Shown: positions 14,301-25,500 of the stretch, piece by piece
Numbering within the stretch: the first letter of the stretch is position 1
Layout of the letters: the number at the start of each line of letters is the position of its first letter
Source: Kudoa neothunni
Lineage: Eukaryota; Animalia; Cnidaria
Direction: 5' to 3'
Length of the DNA: 64,000 nucleotides
NCBI GenBank assembly: GCA_964304625.1
Contig: OZ199838.1
Location: 11,309,608 to 11,373,607, forward strand
Notes under the pieces: model-generated
Told to the model about the DNA's origin: nothing
Database searches by the model: none
The model's input: the letters and a program-made list of their open reading frames with translations, nothing else
Position numbers and translations under genes: made by a program

Positions 14301-16984
14301 TTTTTAACTCAACTTACGAATTCGTTTGTTGGGACGATCATCTGCTTAGCAGCAAACTCGAAAACCTAACAGTAACTATTGACCATTGTGAAAAATACAT
14401 ATCAACTGCTCTTAAAGAGTTAACCACTGGAGGTTTCTACATTCATGATGAATTGCTAGATGTGTGCGAAGATGATACATCACAACCAAAAAAATTATTC
14501 ATTATCAAAATCCGCGCTATGCAAAATAAGCTAGATCGACTAATCATTGATAAGCAAGAAATTTGTAAAGAACGATTTAGAGATTTGATTGAATTGGCGC
14601 CTGTGTTGGATGCTGTCAACTATTTGATGTTGTTACCTAAAAAATGCAACACCAGCAGCAGAAGTAGCAGTCAGAGTATTGATGCTAATATCGACGCAAA
14701 ATTGTCAATCCAAGCTGAACTAACTCGTCTGCTTGAATCAATTACAAAAATTGCAATTAAAACAACAATTGAACAATCCAGTGACACTGTTGTAGACAAT
14801 GATTGTTTGACTGTTCACTCGGATTGGCTTGGTCTAATCGAAACTGTCTTAGATACGATTCAAAGTTTTATCGTCAATCGACAGTACTCAAACCGAAAAG
14901 ATTGTGACTGCATTTATAAGATAATAAAACTGTTAAAAAAACAAATTCGCCGCCAACAAAAGTTTTATGGAGAATATATTGGTAAGAGCACCTTCACAAC
15001 AAATGAGGAAAGTGGGAGATTGTCTCCTCTTAATCGTCACATCAGACAACACTCGTCGCCCGTAATAGTTTTTGAACAACTATGCCAACGATTTGAGGAT
15101 TTAAATCGTAGAACTTTGACAACGAAAATGCTCTTGAAAAAATTCATCCGAAAACAACATCGACTAAATAAATGTGCATCTGAATTGGGCGATAGTTTAC
15201 ATAGAATCCAGTTGATTATCTCCATCAATCAAACACCACTCAATCAAAATCAATTCAATGTTTTACGGAAAAATCTTGAACAATCCTCCATTTTGAAGAA
15301 AATTTTCGATTTGGATCTCTCGAAAGCTGTCGATGAAATCGATAGCTTGAATAACGAATTGACAACCGTCAAAAGTAGCTTCGGTTTCAATTACCACAAT
15401 CACCAACTACAACATTTATGCATTGAAAGCTCCAAAAGATTTTCTCATAGGAAAATTGTCTGCTCCAATATGGTCAAATATCTAAGTGATGAATATGATA
15501 TGCTTAATTCTGATTTGGAATTGATAAGACAATTCGGTGTGTGGATGACTACCTTGGAAAAATCATTTAAGCATTATAGTAGCTTTGCAAAGTGCAACAG
15601 CTACGTTACCATAGAAGAAGTTTTTAATAATAAGAACCACTTAAATCAACTAAGAATCGATTCAATAAACAAAAAATGCAAATTTAATGAAGCATTACGC
15701 CGAATTTTGATGCTACCCATAGATGTGATTTTTCCTCGTTGATGATGATTTATAGCTTTTTTGTATGATTTAGAACAATAGTCGAGTCGAGTCTTTTCAC
15801 AGCATGGCTAGTATGTTAGCTCAAAGATGGATCGCCTTTGAACGACAACTGGACGAAAAATCACGTTTCCTTGCAGCGCAAATTTTACAATTGACACATG
15901 AATCAAAAGATTCTAATGTCGATAAAAATAATTGGAGGTCTCTATTAATCCAAACGCAACCACCAATAATCACTAAAAATAAGGATACTATCACAAATGA
16001 TAACAATTTTTCATTAAATATTGCTTTAAATTGGCCAAAACAGAATGTAATTTTTTTTGATGATTAATTTATTAACTTTTGAAATTATAGAATCCTAAAA
16101 AATCTTCACAGCAACGCTATCAACAACGATATCAACAACTGAATCAGGGCGCTTTTATATACTTTCTGCTAGAAAACGACTTTCAACTTAAAATCGATGA
16201 GGCTAAATCAGTATATTCTAATTTGATTTTTTGAATATAATTTGTATTTTTAGATTTTCAATTATCTCTCCAAAAATAAAAGATTTGTTGATTATGAGAA
16301 TTTTGTGAGCGCAATCACTCCTCGAAACTCTGCGCACAGTGCACTTACCAAAGAGGATGATTATTCTGTTAACGCTACCGAATACATTGACAATCAACTG
16401 ATCGATGTATTGTTCAAATGCACATGTGATATTCCTATTCAAATTAAGCGTGTAAGTGCATATTTTTAGCTGTTTTAATATTTTTTGTAATATTGACCGA
16501 TTTGGGGTTTAGGTTGAAGGAAACAAATTGATTGTTGGCAAAAAAGGAAAGTTGTACATGATTAGGGTGGTGAAATCGACTGTTATGGTGAGAGTTGGAG
16601 GAGGTTGGGAAAATTTGAACGATTTTATCAACAAGTTCGATCCTTGTCGAGTGACCGGGCACAGGGGTAGGTCGTCAGTGAATGAGATCAGCCAATCTGT
16701 TAGATGGTCTTGTCAATCACCATCTTTGTCAGAGATCGAGCTAAATTCGTAAGATCCATATGTGTTGTATTTGACTGGAGAATGACTGATGTTCTTTTAG
16801 CAGGAATCGCCTTAGGAATCGACTCTCAACTGTCACATCATCCACACTCACCAAAATGTTACTCTCGTCTTCGGGAGAGACTCTAGCCGTACGAAAACAA
16901 CTTAACAATAATTATACCGATGAGCTAACATCCAATGATGATAGTTCAATGTTTTTGGACGATTCACATAATTTGTCCAACTAG
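8302..16984 (+). CDS. Spectraplakin-like protein (Short stop/MACF1/dystonin family C-terminal architecture): long helical rod, degenerate EF-hand pair, GAR (Gas2-related) domain; ~2,800 aa, 7 predicted exons
   Basis: Predicted exons 8302-8430, 8474-15724, 15774-16046, 16091-16210, 16254-16451, 16513-16748, 16801-16984, all GT-AG and in frame. The GAR motif is unambiguous (KCTCDIPIQIKR|VEGNKL...IRVVKSTVMVRVGGGWENLNDFINKFDPCR). EF-like segment FIYFLLENDF...IFNYLSKNKRFVDYENFVSAI. Spectrin-repeat-like Trp helices (LNAWLDRR, LAQRWIAFERQLDEK). The 5' start is less certain. Confidence 0.85.
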
Positions 16985-17279
16985 ATTAATTCATTATTTT
17001 ATCGTTTTCAATGTTTGATTTTTTTGGCGAGATTTATAATATTAATGTTTAATTTGTAATAAGCAAAATAGTATATTTGCTTGAATTAAATGTAGAATTA
17101 CTTTAAAATTTAAGATTTTCGATATAATTTTAAATGAATATAGATTTTAACCTTTTGAGCGTGATCTAGTTTAATGGCTCAGTTGAATTTTCTAAGAAAA
17201 ATCATTAATTTTGTTCGACTTACAGATTAAATATTTATAAACAACTAGCTAAGTTGAAAATTAAATTTTGTTAAATTAA

Positions 17280-18912
17280 CTCTCTAATGATCATCAAAAC
17301 GATTTGTTTTGTTTTGTTTACAAGGTTAAACCCCTGGCGCAACTTGTTAAGTTATGAAGTTCGGGTTGGTTAGGCCTTCTCCATTTATACTTTAGGCACC
17401 GCAGCGCCATATTAAGGCGACTTACGTTTAAGCGGTAGTGTGGGATTTTAACCCTTTAAACATCCTCGTTTCAGAGCAACCACCACCCCAACCATACCCT
17501 GGACTAACCCAGAATCAATCTGTGAAAGTTGTCTGAATGCGGTCGTCGGCTCTACGCAAACCACCTACTGGGTTGTATTTCGTTCCTTTACGCCGGCGTT
17601 TAAGAGCGCCCGAATTCTACCCTTCCGCTAGGTTTCCCTCCCAGCTGCAAGCAAGGTCACGATAAATAATAGATCCTTGCGATTATTACAGCCTTCCTAC
17701 TTGATCTCGACCTAACACCACTATGCCATATTGTCCAGGCTTTTTCTCAAAAACGATGAACGTGTAATGGACTTTGGGGTAAATTTTACCCCACATTTTT
17801 TTTTGAATTATAACACTTTAAAAAATCTAATAATCAATATCGTAGAATAATTTTTAATTCCAATGAATAAAATACTGGCAAATGCATATTAAATTTTGGT
17901 GTAATCCACGTGATAATCGGCTTCGTTTACGATCCGTCTTATGTGGATAGGATACACATCGATGTTTCATTAAACAAGTAATTGCTTAATATAGTGGAAT
18001 TAAACGTGTTCCAACAGTTTAAATATTAAAACAAAACACATGAAGAATTCTTGAAAGTTATGAGAAGTTGAAACTGTTTTTAAATGCGTCAAATGGACGA
18101 TAAAATTTATAACAAATTTCACACCATTTAGATTTTTTATCATTTTTCCTCTCATTGTATTCACATATTACTCGCTTTACATTAAGGAGAGGTTCCTGTT
18201 GGTATGCATAAATATTACTGAAACCTGGTTTTATTATTTTGTTTGTGGAATTTGATGTCAACAGTGTTTTGTATAATTGTTCAGCGATTTCTTTAAAGGA
18301 ATCACACCTTTTGATTTTTTGGGAACATAAGATACCAACATATACTTTTCAGGGAAAACAGAAATGCTGCCACAAAGGGCTCTGTTTGGTGATGATTGGA
18401 GACATGGTGGTATCTCTTTAGTTTTTCGCCTAATTTCTCTAAGATCAATTTTTTCCAACAATTTATCAACAAAAAACATTGGAGAGAAGACGTTTTCATC
18501 GACAACGTGATATTCATTCTCCGATAAACCAAATTCATCAATTAAATCATTAGAATCACACGTCCTCACATAATTTGTGCATGCGATTTAATTAATTGAT
18601 CTAACATTTCCTTACTTTCTACAAAAACTACTCATAGGAAATTCATTATATTTAAATTCTAAATTTTTTACATTTTTAAATATTTTTAATAAAAAAAAGC
18701 ATGGGGTAAATTTTACCCCAAAGACCATTACAAGATAAAATTAAAATTGAAACTTACACAATAATTTATCACAAAAACTTTTTTTATCGAACCAAAGAAC
18801 AAATTTTATTAGAAGAATAACTGGAATCTATTAGATATTGGTTTACTGTATAAAAAGATATAACATTAATAAAATCGTTTTAGGATAAAGTTTACCCCAG
18901 ACCATTGAAGGA
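17280..18912 (-). mobile_element. Internally deleted piggyBac element, interrupted near one end by a retroposon
   Basis: TTAA at both ends (17276-17279, 18913-18916) with degenerate TIRs. Repeated palindromic subterminal motif GGGGTAAATTTTACCCC. Minus-strand remnants RRKTKEIPP...LVSYVPKKSKGV (piggyBac core) and a Cys-rich tail (KRVICEY...WCEIC). 17748-17965 is a near copy of 31550-31765. Confidence 0.85.
17304..17746 (-). mobile_element. GC-rich non-coding retroposon (SINE-like, or 3' end of a non-LTR element)
   Basis: Flanked by a TSD, TCAAAACGAT (17294-17303) / TCAAAAACGAT (17747-17757), duplicating piggyBac-end sequence that is single-copy at 31550. Minus-strand 3' tail AAACAAAACAAAACAAA. 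Homologous copy at ~62625-62820. Confidence 0.8.
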
Positions 18913-19330
18913 TTAATTTTTGTATTCCTTTGGCATTAAGGGTGAATTATTAAAATGTATAATTCAACATGCAGATATTTTAATTTGAAATAAAGCGTTA
19001 TGATAAATATTGAAATAGCTCTGAAGATTTACCGTAATAAAATCAACGATTATATTTTTATTTGATATAATGTGCGATGATTTTTTACTTTTGAACCGCT
19101 GATTAGCGATTACGCAACCTCCCAAAAAGCAAGATAAAAATTCGGTCGAAATCGGAAACGACGACATTTTAAATTTTAATTCTTGAACGTATTTTAGTTT
19201 CTTCAATAATTCTCCTTTTTATAATTCATTTTTAGGTATTTAAAATTTGGGCCTATACTGGTTAGACCCGAAGCATTGGGTAACAAGGGTCGATTTTTAT
19301 TGTGACCGAACACGTGACAATAAAACAGAG

Positions 19331-19922
19331 ATGCCTATTTCTGACAATAAGATTTTGGCTGCATCGTCAGTCTTTGGCGCTTTTTTATTTGCAGAGGGCG
19401 TATATCGATACCGGAATCCATTCAAAGGAGGTATAGAATTTTAAGTGGTCTTTCAGCGGTTTTTTTTAAATTTTGTGAAAATTAGTGAAAGCCGTGAATT
19501 TGATTTTGGGACCTGCGATGATTTTGGGGTCGCTTCATAGTAAATACTCGTTAGGTTATGGTTCTTTCACTGCCATCAGTTAAATATGTTGTGTGAAGAT
19601 GATTTGACTCGGAATTATTTTTTAGCTGCTAGTTTGATGGTAGTACAACGCAACGGTGAAAATTATAGATGGACAAGAAGAATCCGGCCATATGGCTTAT
19701 TTTCTACTATCGGGTATGATTGATATCTTCAACTGTTTGGTAGGTATAGAAACGGTTAGGTTTGTATTTGCTTCTGTCTATTGTTGCAATTGGTATCTGA
19801 GGAGCCATGACCGACAGTCTGCCGAGGTGAGATACATGAAAGCAAAGAGGACTCGATTAGAAGTGAAGAGACGAAAAGATCGAGCTAATAGACCCGTAAA
19901 ACTTTCCACTGCAGAAGAATAA
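19331..19922 (+). CDS. TMEM14-family-like small membrane protein with a basic C-terminal extension, 4 exons, ~147 aa
   Basis: Three short GT-AG introns give an open frame: MPISDNKILAASSVFGAFLFAEGVYRY...VNLILGPAMILGSL...SFTAITASLMVVQRNGENYRWTRRIRPYGLFSTIGFVFASVYCC...STAEE*. Spacing of four hydrophobic segments and the 'RxxPxGL' motif resembles TMEM14 (KFMPAGL). The gene model is solid; the family call is moderate. Confidence 0.6.
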
Positions 19923-22562
19923 CGGATTGTTTTATTTTCTAATCGATTTTGTTGTCATTATATTTTTATATTTAAAGATTCTGTATTTTTCGCGGCTAAA
20001 ATAATTATTTTTTCTTTGTATCAGATGTGTAGATTTATTGGATTGGCATTATCGATAATTAGAGCATTTAATTTTTGATTTAAATCGATTTTACCGGGGT
20101 GGTTCAATGTTTATTTCTGTGGATTTTTTCGGAAAAGGCGCCTTAATAAAAATGGCGTAGAACAAGATGTGATTTGGGGAATTATAATGAGGATTGAGTT
20201 AATTTAGAGATTATTCAAAATAAATTTGTTTCAAATACTGCAAGTTAAAATTACCTACAAAACAAAGTCATGTGCAGAAACATATTGCATTATTGAAACA
20301 TCGTTCAATGATAGAATCGTTAAAGCATGTCTCTACTGGTCCCCTTTTTTTATTTATATATAGATCATAAAAGTAAAAAAATAAAGATTTATCTCGTTTC
20401 AGCTGTAATGTATGATGGATTACCATTTAAAATAATAGATAGTTACACAAGACCTAGAAGTTATTCCTTAAAATATTGTCCTACAGCATGATCATTTTTA
20501 TAATGCTAAAACTATTGTTGATAAGCACTTACCTACGTTGTTTGAAAAAAAAGATTTTAGCATCGTCAACTCTGCTAACAATTTTAACGGATTTTTAAAC
20601 TTACCGTTCTCTTCAATCGCTGTAAAAATTTTTCGGAGATTACACATATTCTTGCAGGGAGAGAATATCTCCTCCGAAAGAAAAAATCTCTATGGTACTA
20701 TAATTACACTAAATATAATTTTATTATATTATATGAAATGTTAATTTGTGTTTTTGCGTCATAAAGATGTGTACGCAGATCTGTGTATAATATCTTTTAT
20801 GCGTAAAAGCGTCGAAAAACTCGACGTTTATTTATAGACGTAAGTTTAAATTTTGAGCCGTCGATTCTTACCAAAATAAAAGTCGAAACTTGCATGCCCT
20901 ATCGATAATGTTCCTTTGCTTACTCTGGGATTACGCGTTTAACTTTACATATCTTTTTCCTTCTAATTCTATATATTGTAAAATCGTTTCGTCTCATAAG
21001 ACTTGCGAGATGAAAACACACAATAATTTTATTTAAAAAATTCGTTTAAAATTTTTAAATAAATTACTCATAGGCTTTTAACATTTTCGAATAATATAGA
21101 ATAGGAAATCTCGCATTATTTTCCTAAATCTGACTATCGTATATTAAGCACTATCCAATAAGTAGCACTTTGTAGATTTTCAAGAAAAATTAAAAAATTA
21201 ATTATCTCTGAAACTCATAAAATAACTAAATTTATGTGACATATTTAACGATGATTTGGAGAAAAATTTAGAACAAGAATAGCGTTCATTTGAAGTGTGG
21301 TGTTAACTGAGAAATCTATCAAAGCTAATAAAACATCTTTAGGATGTTTTTTCGCCTGAGCTTGAGTGATGTTTCTCAATGTTATCCGTGAAAATATTCG
21401 AACATTTAATAGAAAATATTAGTGGGGCGTAGCAACAGTTAGGTATAGTGGATGTGTGAGTCACATGTCACATATAAACCATTATCATTTCTATTTTACG
21501 TCTCTTGTTTTTAGGCGATTTTCCATACTGAAGAATAATTATTAGGAAGAATATTACGTAGAGTAAAGTAATTTCTGAAATTTTGCCTTATCGAAGCTCG
21601 AATGCTATCGTAATATTTTTAGCGTCAGTTAGTTTTTAGTTTGTTACCGGTATTTCCTTTATTTACATTTGATACTTTGATACGTTATTATAGCGATTAG
21701 TTTTCTAAATTCATAGTTTAGTTTCAGCTGACAAACCACACAATATTTTAGGAAATAAATATTAAAAATTTTCATGTGAGTAAAAAAGATTTTATCAATA
21801 TATGCTTTATAATAACACCAAATACATTTAATAAAAAATAAATTAAGTTATAAATGCACACAATTTTTAAGTTTTATCAAAAGCCACATAAATTTTCATT
21901 GAAATAATATAAATTCTTTCTCATAATTGACCCAATATAATCAATAAGATCTGATAATGCAAACCTATATGAGACATAAACGATAAATTTAACCTAAAAA
22001 ATAGACAAAAATCCTTTCTTGTATATTGAGACTTATTTGTTAAAAAAAGGCATAATAAATTTATCAAACAATATTACATTAATCAAACAATAAATTAATA
22101 ACATTATCAAGAACAAATTTTCAACAAAAATATAAATAAAAATGTATAACTATTATTTTATTTAGAAAAATTATACTATTGATTAAATTGATAAAAATGC
22201 AAAATATCGAAATATTTTCGATAACATAATCTATATTTTTGGTAGAGTGGGACGCTTGGGTTTTCTTCCAAAAAAAGCGGAAGTATGGGGAAAAAAGGAT
22301 TGAATACATTACTATAGCCATTTGTTGACAAAACTTTTAAAAAATTAAATATTATGTAAGGTCTTTTATTACGGGACGCATAGAGAAACAACTGTAATGT
22401 TGCAGTGCGCGCTTTTTTTGATCCCCAATATGTGTAATTTCATAATATTTAATGTGCAGTCCTATTGTTCTCAACTTTGTTACTTTATTGCGAACAGATA
22501 ATTAAGACCACAAGGCATCAATCTGAGCTGAATTAAAATAATTAATGATTAGACAATCATAG

Positions 22563-25500
22563 TTAGATTAAATAGGCTGTCAGTTCGTCTTGGTTGGAAA
22601 CCTCAACAACAGTGTCAGTTTTTCCTGGCAGCAAGAGAAGTAAATCGGCTCCACATATACTAAGAAGCCGACTGCTTTGTTGTTTATCACATAGTGGGAC
22701 GGCCAAGTTGGTTTCAGGATCGTAAATACATCGGTAGCATTCTGGTCTGGAATCAGTCAAAATTATTGGTACACTACTCTTTACAAAATAATTAGAAATG
22801 AATACACTGTAGATATAGTAATACTTTTATTTTAATTGGAATAGAAGTTTGGTGATTACACATTATGTGTAATGCATCTTTTACCAGCATATGAAACATA
22901 ACTGAGCAAGACACAGGATTTCCTACAAGAGAAAACCCATAAAAAAATTAAACAACAAATTAAGACAATACCTGGAAGAGAGAAGAATAAAACTTTATCG
23001 TTACACTTATTTAAAAATGTAGTAAACGATGTAGGTTTGCTATAAGAAAGTATCAACCAACAGATCAAATAAAATGCGCTACCCAGGTTTTAAATTAATC
23101 CTACCAAAATGAATATCAGCGTTGAATTCGTTAACCAAAACTTTTTTAATATAATCCTATCATGGATTTCATCTAGTTGTTTCTGAAGAGTGGATAAATT
23201 ACTTTATCTCCCATAGAAGCACTTCCAGATGAAATAATTACATCACATTGTTCAGAGAGAATACTGATTTTGTTGGAAATCTTAGTGTAACTTGAAAAAG
23301 GAAATCACAATCATAACATAACTAGCAAATACTCATCTTTAACAACACCACCATCGATCACATTAGTAAAGCCAAGTTGACGAAGTTTGTTTATCAAAAA
23401 CAGACGATTGGAATCCAGTACAAATGAATCGTCAGATGTGGTATCACAGTTAATGGGATCAACAATCTATAGATTAAATTCAAATTAAAGAAAAAAACAT
23501 GGTCCTAAATTCTCAAATTCGGAATATTTTACATCTCAGCATCATTCCAACTAGAATTTATTATACTAGATTTTCTCCGAGAAAATAAAAAACCTGAGAT
23601 ATCATTAAAAAATGGGCATTTGTGCATTTCGTGGAAAATTAGGAAAAATAAAAAACGTCTCAAAAATATTTCAAGTGACTGCTTAGATTAAAAAATATTT
23701 TATATATTAATTTTGATATTGATTACAACTATTGATTACGAAAATCTTAGCTACTTGCTTGGTTTAAGAAGGAATTGAGTTGACTAGTAAATCTCCGTTA
23801 AAAAAATAAATACCAAGTTTCAACTATTTATAGAGTAACCACAGTCATTAATAATAATAATTAAAACGTGAGGCGATATTAATTACAGAGTTAATTCCAC
23901 CTAATAAAATAATGGCGATAAATTAAAAATAATAGAACATGAACCATTTTAAATAATGTGTTTATTATCAACGATTAGGAGATATTGTAATTTAAACATT
24001 GGGTAAGCAAGTGTTAATGACCGTAGTCAACTTTTCAACCACAACTCATAAATCGTTCTCATATTTGTTTAGAGTCACAACAATTTTATCTGATGTGGGA
24101 AAATATTTAAACAATATTGAATCACGAATATAATTACAAGTAGTTCCTTTAGTATAAAAATTATCCAGAAATACATTATGTTTACTATTCAAATCGCAAA
24201 AATTAGATTTAAAAAGTCATTAGAATTCAAAGTAAAACTTTTTAATTCACAAATTTTTAAATCAGTTCGTACATAATCAAATTTTTTAATTTTATTCATT
24301 AAAAAATATTAATACAACTTTTTTTAAATTGGTTATTTTCATGGTAAATAATATTTAAGTGTCACTAGTTTGGATTATACTAAATTATTTCTGGTCTCTA
24401 AGAACGGAGCGGCGAGTCAGAAATATTTAAATTAGTAGATTCTAGAAAAATTTAGATTGTGTATGGCTTGTAAGTAAGAGTTGTTGAGATCAAAAATTTT
24501 CATTACGCAAGCGTACATTTCGTTTATGATTAAAATTCACCGCGCCAATACCCTCCGCCATATTTCAAAATGATGGCCACTTGCAGTTAAACTCTCTCTT
24601 AAACATTGGCATTGACTAGTAATTTAAATAGCATCATTTTATATAGAGAAGTTGTTTGTGTACATGTGTTTGCTGGAATAAATTCATTAACTGTTATTTC
24701 AAGTCAAGGGAAATTAGTCCGAATAAAAAAAGTAATTTTCATAAGCCTTTATCTCCTGTCTTTCCGCAAATACAAGGCAGGTCTTATATTTTCCCCGATA
24801 TAATAAGGATAAGGGGCGTTAGGTCTAAATTTGTAATGGACAAAACTTCCTATGCATTATTTGGCTCATATAACAAAATTAAAAAGGATTTTTTTAATAC
24901 TGGAAATAATATTTTAATTTAAAGAAATACGACGTGAAACATACAATTAGATGAATATTCTAATCTTTTCTTTAAAAACATAATTAAAATGGAAACAAAC
25001 CCCCAAAATATACATATTTAATGAATATTTCACTTGAAAAATTTTTATTATTATTAACTACCCAATAAAATGAACTTGTTAAAATTATTTTGTTATATAA
25101 TTCAGATTATCCATATTTTGAGTATTTAAATAGGTTCTATACTAAATGCTATCTCAAGAATACAATTAGGTCTTATTTGGGGGAACACGGTCACAATGCA
25201 TATTTATATATTTATAATTATTTCCATAAAATAATTTTAATTCTATTTGGCAACGTTTGTAAAAGGAGCTTAATATTAACAAATTCCTAATTTGATCCGT
25301 TCTTGCTCTATTCATTTAAATTATATTTTATGAAATATCAAAGCAGAATATTCCCCATTCAATTTTGTAAATATAAATCTAATATAACCAAACTGAACAT
25401 TTGGAGATTCCGCTGAGAAATAAGATTGTGGTGCTTTTTGAAATAAATACTTCATCGCCGGTGGAGATTACACCAATAATTGGGAGTTGGTAACATTCAA

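Noticed and set aside
8981-15228. Short overlapping or antisense ORFs inside the giant exon
   Set aside because: Shadow frames of a real CDS with no motifs.
17520-17705. RNase P RNA (GGAAGGCTG ... ATTCAGAC on the minus strand)
   Set aside because: P4 pairing is imperfect, the other conserved regions are not found, and the TSD plus tail indicate a retroposon.
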